From: Acetofilamentum sp.
Lineage (GTDB): Bacteria; Bacteroidota; Bacteroidia; Bacteroidales; JAADGE01
Direction: 5' to 3'
NCBI GenBank assembly: GCA_020720665.1
Contig: DYOF01000003.1
Coordinates: forward strand, 1-61,820
Length of the DNA stretch: 61,820 bases
Positions 28,332-36,427 of the stretch are shown piece by piece. Below the pieces are notes generated by a model that worked only from the letters and a program-made list of their open reading frames with translations, did no database searches and had not been told where the DNA came from. The stretch's first letter is position 1. Each line of letters opens with the position of its first letter. The position numbers and the translations under genes were made by a program.

Positions 28332-29732
28332 ATGGAAGAAATAAAGACTTTAAAAAATGAAATTCAAGTTTTAAAAGAACGTATTGAGGCTCTTGACCGT
28401 TTAAATAAAGAGTTGGCTGTACAAAATGAAGATTTACGAGAAGAAAATGATCGTCATGTCGAAATGTTAGCCTTTCTACCTGCTGATGCAAAAAAACAAA
28501 TGGACAAAAAAGCCAAATCTTCGTCCTCTCTCAGATATAAAATGGTAACTGTTTTGTATTCTGATGTTAAGGGCTTTACTGAATTATCAAAAGAACAAGA
28601 TGCGGAAGCATTAATTGATGATTTAGATAATTTTTTCTTTGCGTTTGATGAAGTTGTAGAAAAAAACAACTTACAAAAAGTTAAATCATTAGGAGACACT
28701 TACATGTGTGCCGGCGGAATCCCTAAGAAAAACAGAACAAATCCGGTTGAAGTTATTATTGCAGCACTTGAAATGCAAAGTTTCTTAAAACAACTGCAAA
28801 AAGAATCTAAAAAGAATGACCGAGACATTTGGAGTTTAACCTTTGGTATTCACACAGGACCTGTTACCGCAGCAGTTTCAGGTAAACGAAAAATATCTTA
28901 CGACATAAAAGGCGACACGGCAAATATTGCAAGCCGAATTGAATCTGCTTGTAATCCGACTGAAATTAGCATTTCCGGAATGACTTACGAATTTATTAAA
29001 GATTTTTTTGCTTGTGAATTCCGTTCAAAAATGCCCGTTAAATACAAAGGAGATGTTCCTGTATATGTAGTAAAAGGATACCAACCGTATCTTTCTGTTG
29101 ACGGTTTAGGCAAAGTGCCGAATAAAAATTTCAGAACAAAATTTCAAATCATTAAATTTGAAGACCTGAACGATTATGTTTTAGATCGCTTGGAACGAGA
29201 ATTACCAAAACATTTATATTATCATAATTACAAACATACCATTGATGTTACTATTGGGGTTGAAATTATAGGATATGGCGAAGGTGTGGGTGAAGAAGAC
29301 ATGTTGTTGCTTAAAACAGCGGCATTGTTTCATGATTTCGGTCAAGTAGAAGGTGCAATAGACCATGAAGAAAAAGGCTGTAAAATTGCAGAAGAGCTAT
29401 TACCGAATTATGGTTACGACAGCGAGCAAATTGAAATTATTAAAGGAATAATAATGGCAACAAAATTACCGCCGCAACCAAAAACCCTCTTAGAACAAAT
29501 TATTGCAGATGCCGATTTAGATTATTTAGGCAGAAGAGATATGATTCCGGTATCCGATGCACTATATCAAGAATTAAAAGTTCAAGGAATTATAGGCTCA
29601 TTTAACGATTGGAATAAATTACAACTCAAATTTCTATCCATGCATCAATATTTTACCGAAACAGCGCGAAATATGAGAAAGGTAAACAAAGAAGAACAAA
29701 TTGAACGAATCAAAGCCTTAATTACCGAATAA
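28332..29732 (+). CDS. class III adenylate/guanylate cyclase fused to a C-terminal HD-domain phosphohydrolase
   Basis: N-terminal coiled coil; LYSDVKGFT, KSLGDTYM, GIHTGPV, YDIKGDTANIASRIES; HD domain YHNYKHT...LFHDFG...HEE...ADADLDYLG. Confidence 0.88.
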   Translation: MEEIKTLKNEIQVLKERIEALDRLNKELAVQNEDLREENDRHVEMLAFLPADAKKQMDKKAKSSSSLRYKMVTVLYSDVKGFTELSKEQDAEALIDDLDNFFFAFDEVVEKNNLQKVKSLGDTYMCAGGIPKKNRTNPVEVIIAALEMQSFLKQLQKESKKNDRDIWSLTFGIHTGPVTAAVSGKRKISYDIKGDTANIASRIESACNPTEISISGMTYEFIKDFFACEFRSKMPVKYKGDVPVYVVKGYQPYLSVDGLGKVPNKNFRTKFQIIKFEDLNDYVLDRLERELPKHLYYHNYKHTIDVTIGVEIIGYGEGVGEEDMLLLKTAALFHDFGQVEGAIDHEEKGCKIAEELLPNYGYDSEQIEIIKGIIMATKLPPQPKTLLEQIIADADLDYLGRRDMIPVSDALYQELKVQGIIGSFNDWNKLQLKFLSMHQYFTETARNMRKVNKEEQIERIKALITE

Positions 29733-29736
29733 TATA

Positions 29737-29775
29737 AAGGATGGTTTTGTGTAACAACAAAACCATTCTTGTTTT
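29737..29775 (+). terminator. intrinsic terminator after the cyclase-HD gene
   Basis: AAGGATGGTTTTGT/ACAAAACCATTCTT stem followed by a T-rich tail. Confidence 0.7.
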
Positions 29776-29838
29776 ATAACATTATTTGTAAAGAATTATT
29801 ATTTATAATTTTGAAGCCTGAATTTTAAATAAATCTAT

Positions 29839-30852
29839 ATGGAAAATATAAACTGGTCAGAGCTTCCTTTCGGATATGTTAAAACCGATTATAATGTCAG
29901 ATGTTATTATAAAGACGGAAAATGGGGACAAATAAAAGTTTCTTCTTCCGAATACATTCCTTTACATATAGCCGCAACTTCTCTTCACTATGGGCAACAA
30001 TCATTTGAAGGCTTAAAAGCATTTATGGGAGAAGACGGCAAAATAAGACTATTCCGTTGGGAAGAAAATGCCAAAAGAATGCAAGACTCAGCAAGAGGAA
30101 TACTGATGGCTCCGCCTCCTACAGAACTGTTCAGAAAATTAATTTACAAAGTAATTCTTAAAAACAAAAAATTTGTTCCTCCATACGGCACAGGTGCGTC
30201 ATTGTATATTCGCCCATTACTGATAGGAACAAGCCCTAAAGTAGGTGTTAAACCGGCGGAAGAATTTTTATTAATAATGTTTGTCTCTCCCGTCGGACCA
30301 TATTTTAAAACCGGGTTCAGCCCGGTTTCTATGTTGGTTACTCGAAAATATGACAGAGCCGCCCCTCTCGGTACAGGGAAATACAAAGTCGGCGGAAATT
30401 ACGCAGCCAGCCTGACATCCATGAAAAAAGCACACGATGAAGGATATGCAAGTGTTTTATATTTAGATGCAAAAGAAAAAAAATATATCGATGAGTGCGG
30501 TCCGGCTAATTTTTTCGGAATTAAAAACAATACTTATATAACACCCAAATCCGAATCAATTTTACCTTCAATTACAAATCAAAGTTTAATGTCAATTGCA
30601 GAGCATTTAGGGTTAAAAACAGAACGCAGAGCAATTGAACTTACTGAATTATCTTCGTTTGAAGAAACCGGTGCGTGCGGTACCGCAGCAGTTATAAGCC
30701 CGATTAGTAAAATTACTGACGATGATTACGGTATAAATTACGAATTTAAAAATGCTCCGGGTAAAATTACAACTCAATTATATGAAAAATTATTAGCTGT
30801 TCAAACCGGAAAAGATGAAGACATTTTCGGCTGGGTTTCAATTGTTGAATAA
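29839..30852 (+). CDS. ilvE: branched-chain amino acid aminotransferase
   Basis: LHYGQQSFEGLKA, LYIRP, KVGGNYAAS (PLP Lys), ILPSITN, CGTAAVISP; TAATTTTG element at 29806-29813. Confidence 0.95.
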   Translation: MENINWSELPFGYVKTDYNVRCYYKDGKWGQIKVSSSEYIPLHIAATSLHYGQQSFEGLKAFMGEDGKIRLFRWEENAKRMQDSARGILMAPPPTELFRKLIYKVILKNKKFVPPYGTGASLYIRPLLIGTSPKVGVKPAEEFLLIMFVSPVGPYFKTGFSPVSMLVTRKYDRAAPLGTGKYKVGGNYAASLTSMKKAHDEGYASVLYLDAKEKKYIDECGPANFFGIKNNTYITPKSESILPSITNQSLMSIAEHLGLKTERRAIELTELSSFEETGACGTAAVISPISKITDDDYGINYEFKNAPGKITTQLYEKLLAVQTGKDEDIFGWVSIVE

Positions 30853-30878
30853 TCAGCTTTTTTACTTAAATTTTTACA

Positions 30879-30915
30879 AAAAGGATTCTTCGGGTCTTTC
30901 TCAATGAATCCTTTT
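30879..30915 (+). terminator. probable intrinsic terminator after ilvE
   Basis: AAAAGGATTC/GAATCCTTTT inverted repeat. Confidence 0.55.
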
Positions 30916-31020
30916 CTGTTATAGTTCTTTTTATCAATTAACAAATTAAGTACCCTTATTTTTAATTATCTAAAATAAAACTTAATTTTGTGGCATTAAT
31001 CAAATAAATAAACCCCAAAA

Positions 31021-33498
31021 ATGAATTTAAAGAAAGCTATTCCGTATATTACCGCCGTAATTCTATTCTTAGTTATTTCATTTTCATATTTTCCTGATGT
31101 TCTCCAAGGAAAAAAATTAAACCAACACGATAAAAAAACATGGAAAGGCAGTGCAAAAGAAATATTTGATTACAGAGAACGCACCGGAGAAAATTCATTG
31201 TGGACAAATTCAATGTTCGGCGGTATGCCGGCCTATTTAATTACTACAAAAAGCAATAAAAACATTACTTCGTATATTTACAAGGTGCTTGATTTAAACG
31301 GAGAATACAGACCCGCTACATACATTTTTCTGATGATCTTAGGTTTTTATTTTGCGTTACTTTTGTTTGGTGTAAACCCGTGGCTAAGTATTGTAGGTGC
31401 CGTTGCATATGGTTTTTCTACATATTTTTTCATTATTATTGAGGCCGGACATCTTACAAAAGTCATCGCACTTTCATTTATGCCGCCCGTTATTGCCGGA
31501 ATTTATCATTCATTTAATAAGAACAGAATTCTCGGAATATTAATAACTTCTGTTTTTTTAAGCCTTCAAATTCTGGCAAACCATCTTCAAATCACTTATT
31601 ACTCTTTAATTATTATTTTAATATTTATTATTTTTCAATTTGTTAAATCTTTAAAAGACAAACAACTGAAATCCTTTTTTATTACCGCTTCTTTACTGCT
31701 GTTAAGTGCTGTTATTGCCGTTTCGGTTAATATTACCAGAATAATGGCAACCTATGAATACACAGAAGACTCTATCAGAGGAAAATCGGAACTTACATTT
31801 GACAAAACTAATCAAACCTCCGGATTAGACAAAGATTATGCTTTGTCATGGAGTTACGGCAAAACCGAAACGCTTAATTTGCTGATACCTAATTTAATGG
31901 GCGGAGTTTCCGGAGGTGAAGCATTCACTGAAATGAAACAAGAATCGAATACTTACTCACTGTTTAAACAAGCAGGGTATCCCGACTCTGATATACAGAG
32001 TGGTGTTTCAGCTTATTGGGGTCCGCAATCTTTCACTTCCGGACCGGTATATATCGGAGCGATACTGATATTTTTATTTGTTTTAGGATTATTTCTCGTA
32101 AAAGGGCAATTAAAATGGTGGTTACTTACTGTTACTGTTCTTTCTGTTTTTTTAGCATGGGGTAAAAATTTCATGTTCCTGAGCAATTTGTTTTTAGACT
32201 ATTTTCCTTTTTACAATAAATTCAGAACCGTATCAATGATTCTTATAATTGCTGAATTTGCTATACCCTTACTTGCATTTTTAGCACTAAAAAACATTAT
32301 TGATAAATCCGTTACAAAACAAGAAATATTAAAAGCACTCAAATGGTCATTCGGTATTATCGGCGGAATTATTGCCGTGTTACTCATTAATCCCGGAATA
32401 CTTTCATTTCTCTCAGAACAAGAAACAGCATCAAACATACAAAAAGAATTATCAGATGCTTTAATAACTGACAGAAAAGCGATGTTCAGAGCTGATGCAT
32501 TTAGGTCTCTCGGATTTATAGTTGTCGCTGTTATTATTTTATGGCTATTTATTCAACAAAAAATTAAACGGTCATATTTTTTTATAGCATTAGGACTATT
32601 AGTATTGGTTGATTTATGGGCAGTTAATAAACGCTATTTAAACGGAGATGATTTTGTTAGTGCTCGAATTGAAAAAGAACCGTTTACGGCATCAAATGCA
32701 GACAAATTTATTTTAAAAGATAAAGACCCGAATTTCAGGGTTTTAAATCTGACTGTAAATACTTTCAACGATGCAAGCACCTCGTATTTTCATAAATCAA
32801 TAGGCGGATATCACGGCGCAAAAATGAGACGTTATCAAGAACTCATAACATACGGTATATCACAAGAAATGACTCGTTTAATTGATGCATTAAACAACAG
32901 CTCTTCAGAACAAGAAGTTCACGCAAGTTTAATGGGCTTATCAATTTTAAATATGCTTAATACAAAATACATTATTTTAAATCCCCAAATGATTCCGATG
33001 ATGAATAAATTCAGGCTCGGTAATTCATGGTTTGTAAATGAAATAAAAATTGTTGAAAATGCCGATGAAGAAATAAAATCGGTTACACGTTTTAACCCCG
33101 AACGAACTGCTGTAATTGACAAACGATATAACAATCAGTTTTTTAAATTTGTAAAAGACACTTCGGCGGTAATTCAATTAACAAAATACGAACCCAACTA
33201 TTTAAGTTATATTTCTAAAGCTTCAAGTGACCAATTAGCTGTTTTCTCTGAAATTTTTTACGATAAAGATTGGTCGGCATATATTGACGGAAAACAAGTA
33301 CCGCATATGCGAGCAAATTATGTGTTGAGGGCAATGAAAATACCGGCAGGCGAACATACAATTGAATTTAAAAATGAATCAAACGTATGGGCAAAAGGTG
33401 AAAAAATATCTTTTATAGGTTCAATACTTTTTATGTTAATGATTGTCGGCGGAATTTTTTATTTGATTAAACATCCGAAAAAAGTCGAACAGGAATAA
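31021..33498 (+). CDS. YfhO-family polytopic membrane protein (GT-C-like)
   Basis: WTNSMFGGMPAY, NHLQITYY, YWGPQ, YNKFR, SIGGYHGAK, FSEIFY, ANYVLRAM. Confidence 0.85.
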   Translation: MNLKKAIPYITAVILFLVISFSYFPDVLQGKKLNQHDKKTWKGSAKEIFDYRERTGENSLWTNSMFGGMPAYLITTKSNKNITSYIYKVLDLNGEYRPATYIFLMILGFYFALLLFGVNPWLSIVGAVAYGFSTYFFIIIEAGHLTKVIALSFMPPVIAGIYHSFNKNRILGILITSVFLSLQILANHLQITYYSLIIILIFIIFQFVKSLKDKQLKSFFITASLLLLSAVIAVSVNITRIMATYEYTEDSIRGKSELTFDKTNQTSGLDKDYALSWSYGKTETLNLLIPNLMGGVSGGEAFTEMKQESNTYSLFKQAGYPDSDIQSGVSAYWGPQSFTSGPVYIGAILIFLFVLGLFLVKGQLKWWLLTVTVLSVFLAWGKNFMFLSNLFLDYFPFYNKFRTVSMILIIAEFAIPLLAFLALKNIIDKSVTKQEILKALKWSFGIIGGIIAVLLINPGILSFLSEQETASNIQKELSDALITDRKAMFRADAFRSLGFIVVAVIILWLFIQQKIKRSYFFIALGLLVLVDLWAVNKRYLNGDDFVSARIEKEPFTASNADKFILKDKDPNFRVLNLTVNTFNDASTSYFHKSIGGYHGAKMRRYQELITYGISQEMTRLIDALNNSSSEQEVHASLMGLSILNMLNTKYIILNPQMIPMMNKFRLGNSWFVNEIKIVENADEEIKSVTRFNPERTAVIDKRYNNQFFKFVKDTSAVIQLTKYEPNYLSYISKASSDQLAVFSEIFYDKDWSAYIDGKQVPHMRANYVLRAMKIPAGEHTIEFKNESNVWAKGEKISFIGSILFMLMIVGGIFYLIKHPKKVEQE

Positions 33499-34392
33499 AT
33501 GAAGCTTTCAGTTATAATTTGCACATATAACCGGGCTGATTACATTGAAAAAGCCGTTTTAAGTATCTTTAAACAAGAAAAAGTTGCAGATGATTATGAA
33601 TTAATTGTTGTTAATAACAATTCAACAGATAATACCGAAGAAATAATTAACAATTTTAAGCAAAAGCACCCGACTTTTCCGTTAAAATATTTTATCGAAT
33701 ATAATCAAGGGCTTTCTTTTGCCAGAAACAGAGGAATAAAAGAAGCAACCGGTGAAATAGTCAGTTTTATTGATGATGATGCGATAGCCTGTGAAAATTT
33801 TGTATTTCAAATCCTTACATTTTTTAATTCTGATACAAATGCAATTGCATTCGGGGGAAAAATAATTCCTAAATACGAAACAGAACGACCAAAATTTATG
33901 TCGAAATTTATTGAACCGATTTTATCTGTTTTAAATATGGGACAAAACATAAAAAAATTTAAAGGGAAAAAATTTCCTGTTGGGGCAAATATGGGGTTTC
34001 GAAAAGAAGTATTTGAAACCATCGGCTATTTTAATACAAAATTGGGACGTACCGGCAAAAAACTTCTTGGAGGTGAAGAGAAAGATTTGGCTTTCAGAAT
34101 TAAATCACTGCAAAAACCCATCTATTACCTACCTAAAGCATGGATTTATCATATAATAACTAAAGAACGCTTAACAAAAGAATTTATTAAGAAACAAGCA
34201 AGAGGGATTGGTTACAGCGAAAAAATAAGAGGGCTTGAAAATAAAAAGCTCATTCAGGTATATTTAACTGAATTTATGAAATGGGGCGCAAGTTCAATCT
34301 TATTTATTTTCTATGCTCTGATTTTAAAACCGCAAAAAGGTTTTTTTTTAATTCGTTTTCGTTATTGGGTAAGTTTAGGTTTGCTAAATTAA
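33499..34392 (+). CDS. glycosyltransferase family 2
   Basis: SVIICTYNR, NNSTD, GLSFARNRG, FIDDD, GEEKDL. Confidence 0.92.
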   Translation: MKLSVIICTYNRADYIEKAVLSIFKQEKVADDYELIVVNNNSTDNTEEIINNFKQKHPTFPLKYFIEYNQGLSFARNRGIKEATGEIVSFIDDDAIACENFVFQILTFFNSDTNAIAFGGKIIPKYETERPKFMSKFIEPILSVLNMGQNIKKFKGKKFPVGANMGFRKEVFETIGYFNTKLGRTGKKLLGGEEKDLAFRIKSLQKPIYYLPKAWIYHIITKERLTKEFIKKQARGIGYSEKIRGLENKKLIQVYLTEFMKWGASSILFIFYALILKPQKGFFLIRFRYWVSLGLLN

Positions 34393-35610
34393 GCGTCTTC
34401 TTATATCTTCAAAAAGTTCTGCGGTCAAGTTTTTTATATGTCCGTTTATAAAAATCTTATTTTTAAAGTGTGTAATATAATTATCAATATCAATTTTTTC
34501 AGCATTTAATTGATTCATTTCTGACACGAGATTTTTTCCTTTAATCTCTGAATATCTTTTTGTTATCGGATTATTTTTATAAAACGCATCACCTAACAAA
34601 AGCACTTTTTTATATTTTGAAACGGCTTGTAATCCGACACTTGAATTTACATTTACTACAAATTCTGAATGTACAATCAATTCATCAATATCAGCTTTTT
34701 TAATCAACAACACCTGTTCGTATTTTAAAAGTTCAGAATAACTAACCGGTTCAACTTCAAAAGGGTGTTCTTTTATAATAATTTTTAATCCGGTTTTTAA
34801 CAGGTCGGGGAGAATGTCATTAACCGCCTCATACATACTGTCGTACGGACTGTTTAAAACAATTTGAGTATCTGTGTTTACTTGTAAGGGGAAAAAAATA
34901 TATTTTCCGATTTCACTATAATTTATTTTTTCAATCGGAAAGTTTTGAAATCTTTGCTTTGCTTTTAACAGGTTTCTGCTTCTTAACAAGAAATTAAAAA
35001 AATAACGTCTGTATTCTTTATTAAGGAAACGCAAAAAATATCGGTCTGATTTGGAAATATTATTATGAATTACCGTAAAACTTATTTTTTTTTCAGCTTG
35101 TTCGGGATATTTAAAATTTAAAAAATCATTAAAGCTCAGATTTGCAAATGCTGTATTGCAATTTACTCCGTTATTATCCATTTGCATAGTATCAGGAAAA
35201 TATCCTTGTTCAAAATAAAAACGGTTTAAATTTAAGTTTTTACATACATCAGTTTCAACATTTCCGGCTCCGTTAAATATTAATACATAATCAAATTTAT
35301 TTTCTTTAAAAAATTTAAAAGCTCGGACATATTCCCGATTTTTATCTTTAACAATCTTATCCTTATTTTTTACTTTATATAATAACGCGTAATATTTAAT
35401 TAAATCAGATGTTTTCGTATAATATTCTATTGCTGAATTGTTTGATTTATCGTAAAAAAGAGCAGAGAGGTTTTGATTTTTCAGCTGCTTTTTGATAAAT
35501 AAATCCGGGTTTATAAAATGAACCTCTGTTCCGGTTTGATTTAAGTATCTTGACAAGTTCATAAAAAAATCTAAAAAACCTACCATGCTGTTAACAATAG
35601 CTATTTTCAT
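34384..35610 (-). CDS. KpsS/Capsule_synth-like capsular polysaccharide protein (putative Kdo transferase)
   Basis: FEQGYF, GVN, FPLQVNTDTQI, KEHP, VNSSVGLQA, LGDAFY. Confidence 0.75.
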   Translation of the reverse strand: MKIAIVNSMVGFLDFFMNLSRYLNQTGTEVHFINPDLFIKKQLKNQNLSALFYDKSNNSAIEYYTKTSDLIKYYALLYKVKNKDKIVKDKNREYVRAFKFFKENKFDYVLIFNGAGNVETDVCKNLNLNRFYFEQGYFPDTMQMDNNGVNCNTAFANLSFNDFLNFKYPEQAEKKISFTVIHNNISKSDRYFLRFLNKEYRRYFFNFLLRSRNLLKAKQRFQNFPIEKINYSEIGKYIFFPLQVNTDTQIVLNSPYDSMYEAVNDILPDLLKTGLKIIIKEHPFEVEPVSYSELLKYEQVLLIKKADIDELIVHSEFVVNVNSSVGLQAVSKYKKVLLLGDAFYKNNPITKRYSEIKGKNLVSEMNQLNAEKIDIDNYITHFKNKIFINGHIKNLTAELFEDIRRRLI

Positions 35611-35617
35611 AAGTTTA

Positions 35618-36421
35618 CTAATCAGAAAATTTATAAATACCTCTTAAGTAAATTCCGTTTTCTTTTATTTCTTCGTGCTTAGCGAATATTCGATGAACAT
35701 ATTTCATAATTTTATTCGGCTTGATATAAGGGTGGTAAGATATCGGTTCGATTTCATCTAAACTAAGTTTTTTTAATCCGTTTTTTTCCAATAACACAGA
35801 AACAGACTTTTTTGTAAAATGATGAAAGTGCGGATGGTTTATAAATGAATCTTCCCTAACCTTTTGGTTATTGCAATTCGGCACTTCAAAATAAAAACAC
35901 TTCGGTTTTATACTTTTAAGCTTTTCAAAAAAACTATTTAAGTCAAACACATGTTCCAATACATGAAACATAATAACAATGCTGTTTGGATTTAAGTTTT
36001 CTGAGTTTACTTCGTTAAATAAATTATTCATGTAAGCTACATTCGGTTTGTTGATATTAAATCGAACATCAGGCTCAATAATAACATACTGTTTCGGCTT
36101 CTTTTTTTTATTAAAAATGATAAATTTATCGCCGGTTCCGCCTCCTATTTCAATAAATTCTTCACCTATTGATATTTTAAAATTTTTATTAAAATAGGCA
36201 TAGTTAGCAATTGCTCGGTTACCGGTTAAATTAAGTTTTCTCAGAAAATTAATTTTATATTGATAGTTTTTATGATACTCTTCTTTATAATATGTGCTCA
36301 CATCAACATTTTCAATAATATGCCAGGAAACACAAGTATCGCAAAAAAATAAAGGCTTATTAAAAATCGGATTTATTTTACCGGTTTCTTTCAGTTTATT
36401 GCTGCAAATCGGACAATTCAT
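35618..36421 (-). CDS. class I SAM-dependent methyltransferase with an N-terminal Cys4 Zn ribbon
   Basis: CPIC...CDTC, EIGGGTG, MFHVLEHV, FEVPN, HFHHF. Confidence 0.8.
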   Translation of the reverse strand: MNCPICSNKLKETGKINPIFNKPLFFCDTCVSWHIIENVDVSTYYKEEYHKNYQYKINFLRKLNLTGNRAIANYAYFNKNFKISIGEEFIEIGGGTGDKFIIFNKKKKPKQYVIIEPDVRFNINKPNVAYMNNLFNEVNSENLNPNSIVIMFHVLEHVFDLNSFFEKLKSIKPKCFYFEVPNCNNQKVREDSFINHPHFHHFTKKSVSVLLEKNGLKKLSLDEIEPISYHPYIKPNKIMKYVHRIFAKHEEIKENGIYLRGIYKFSD

Positions 36422-36427
36422 ATTTCA

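Noticed and set aside
28252-28491. 79-aa minus-strand ORF at the cyclase start
   Set aside because: Antisense to the cyclase 5' end, with no motif
28332-29732. Cyclase as a Pycsar or CBASS anti-phage system
   Set aside because: No adjacent cNMP-binding TIR or TM effector, adenine-type specificity residues, and housekeeping context
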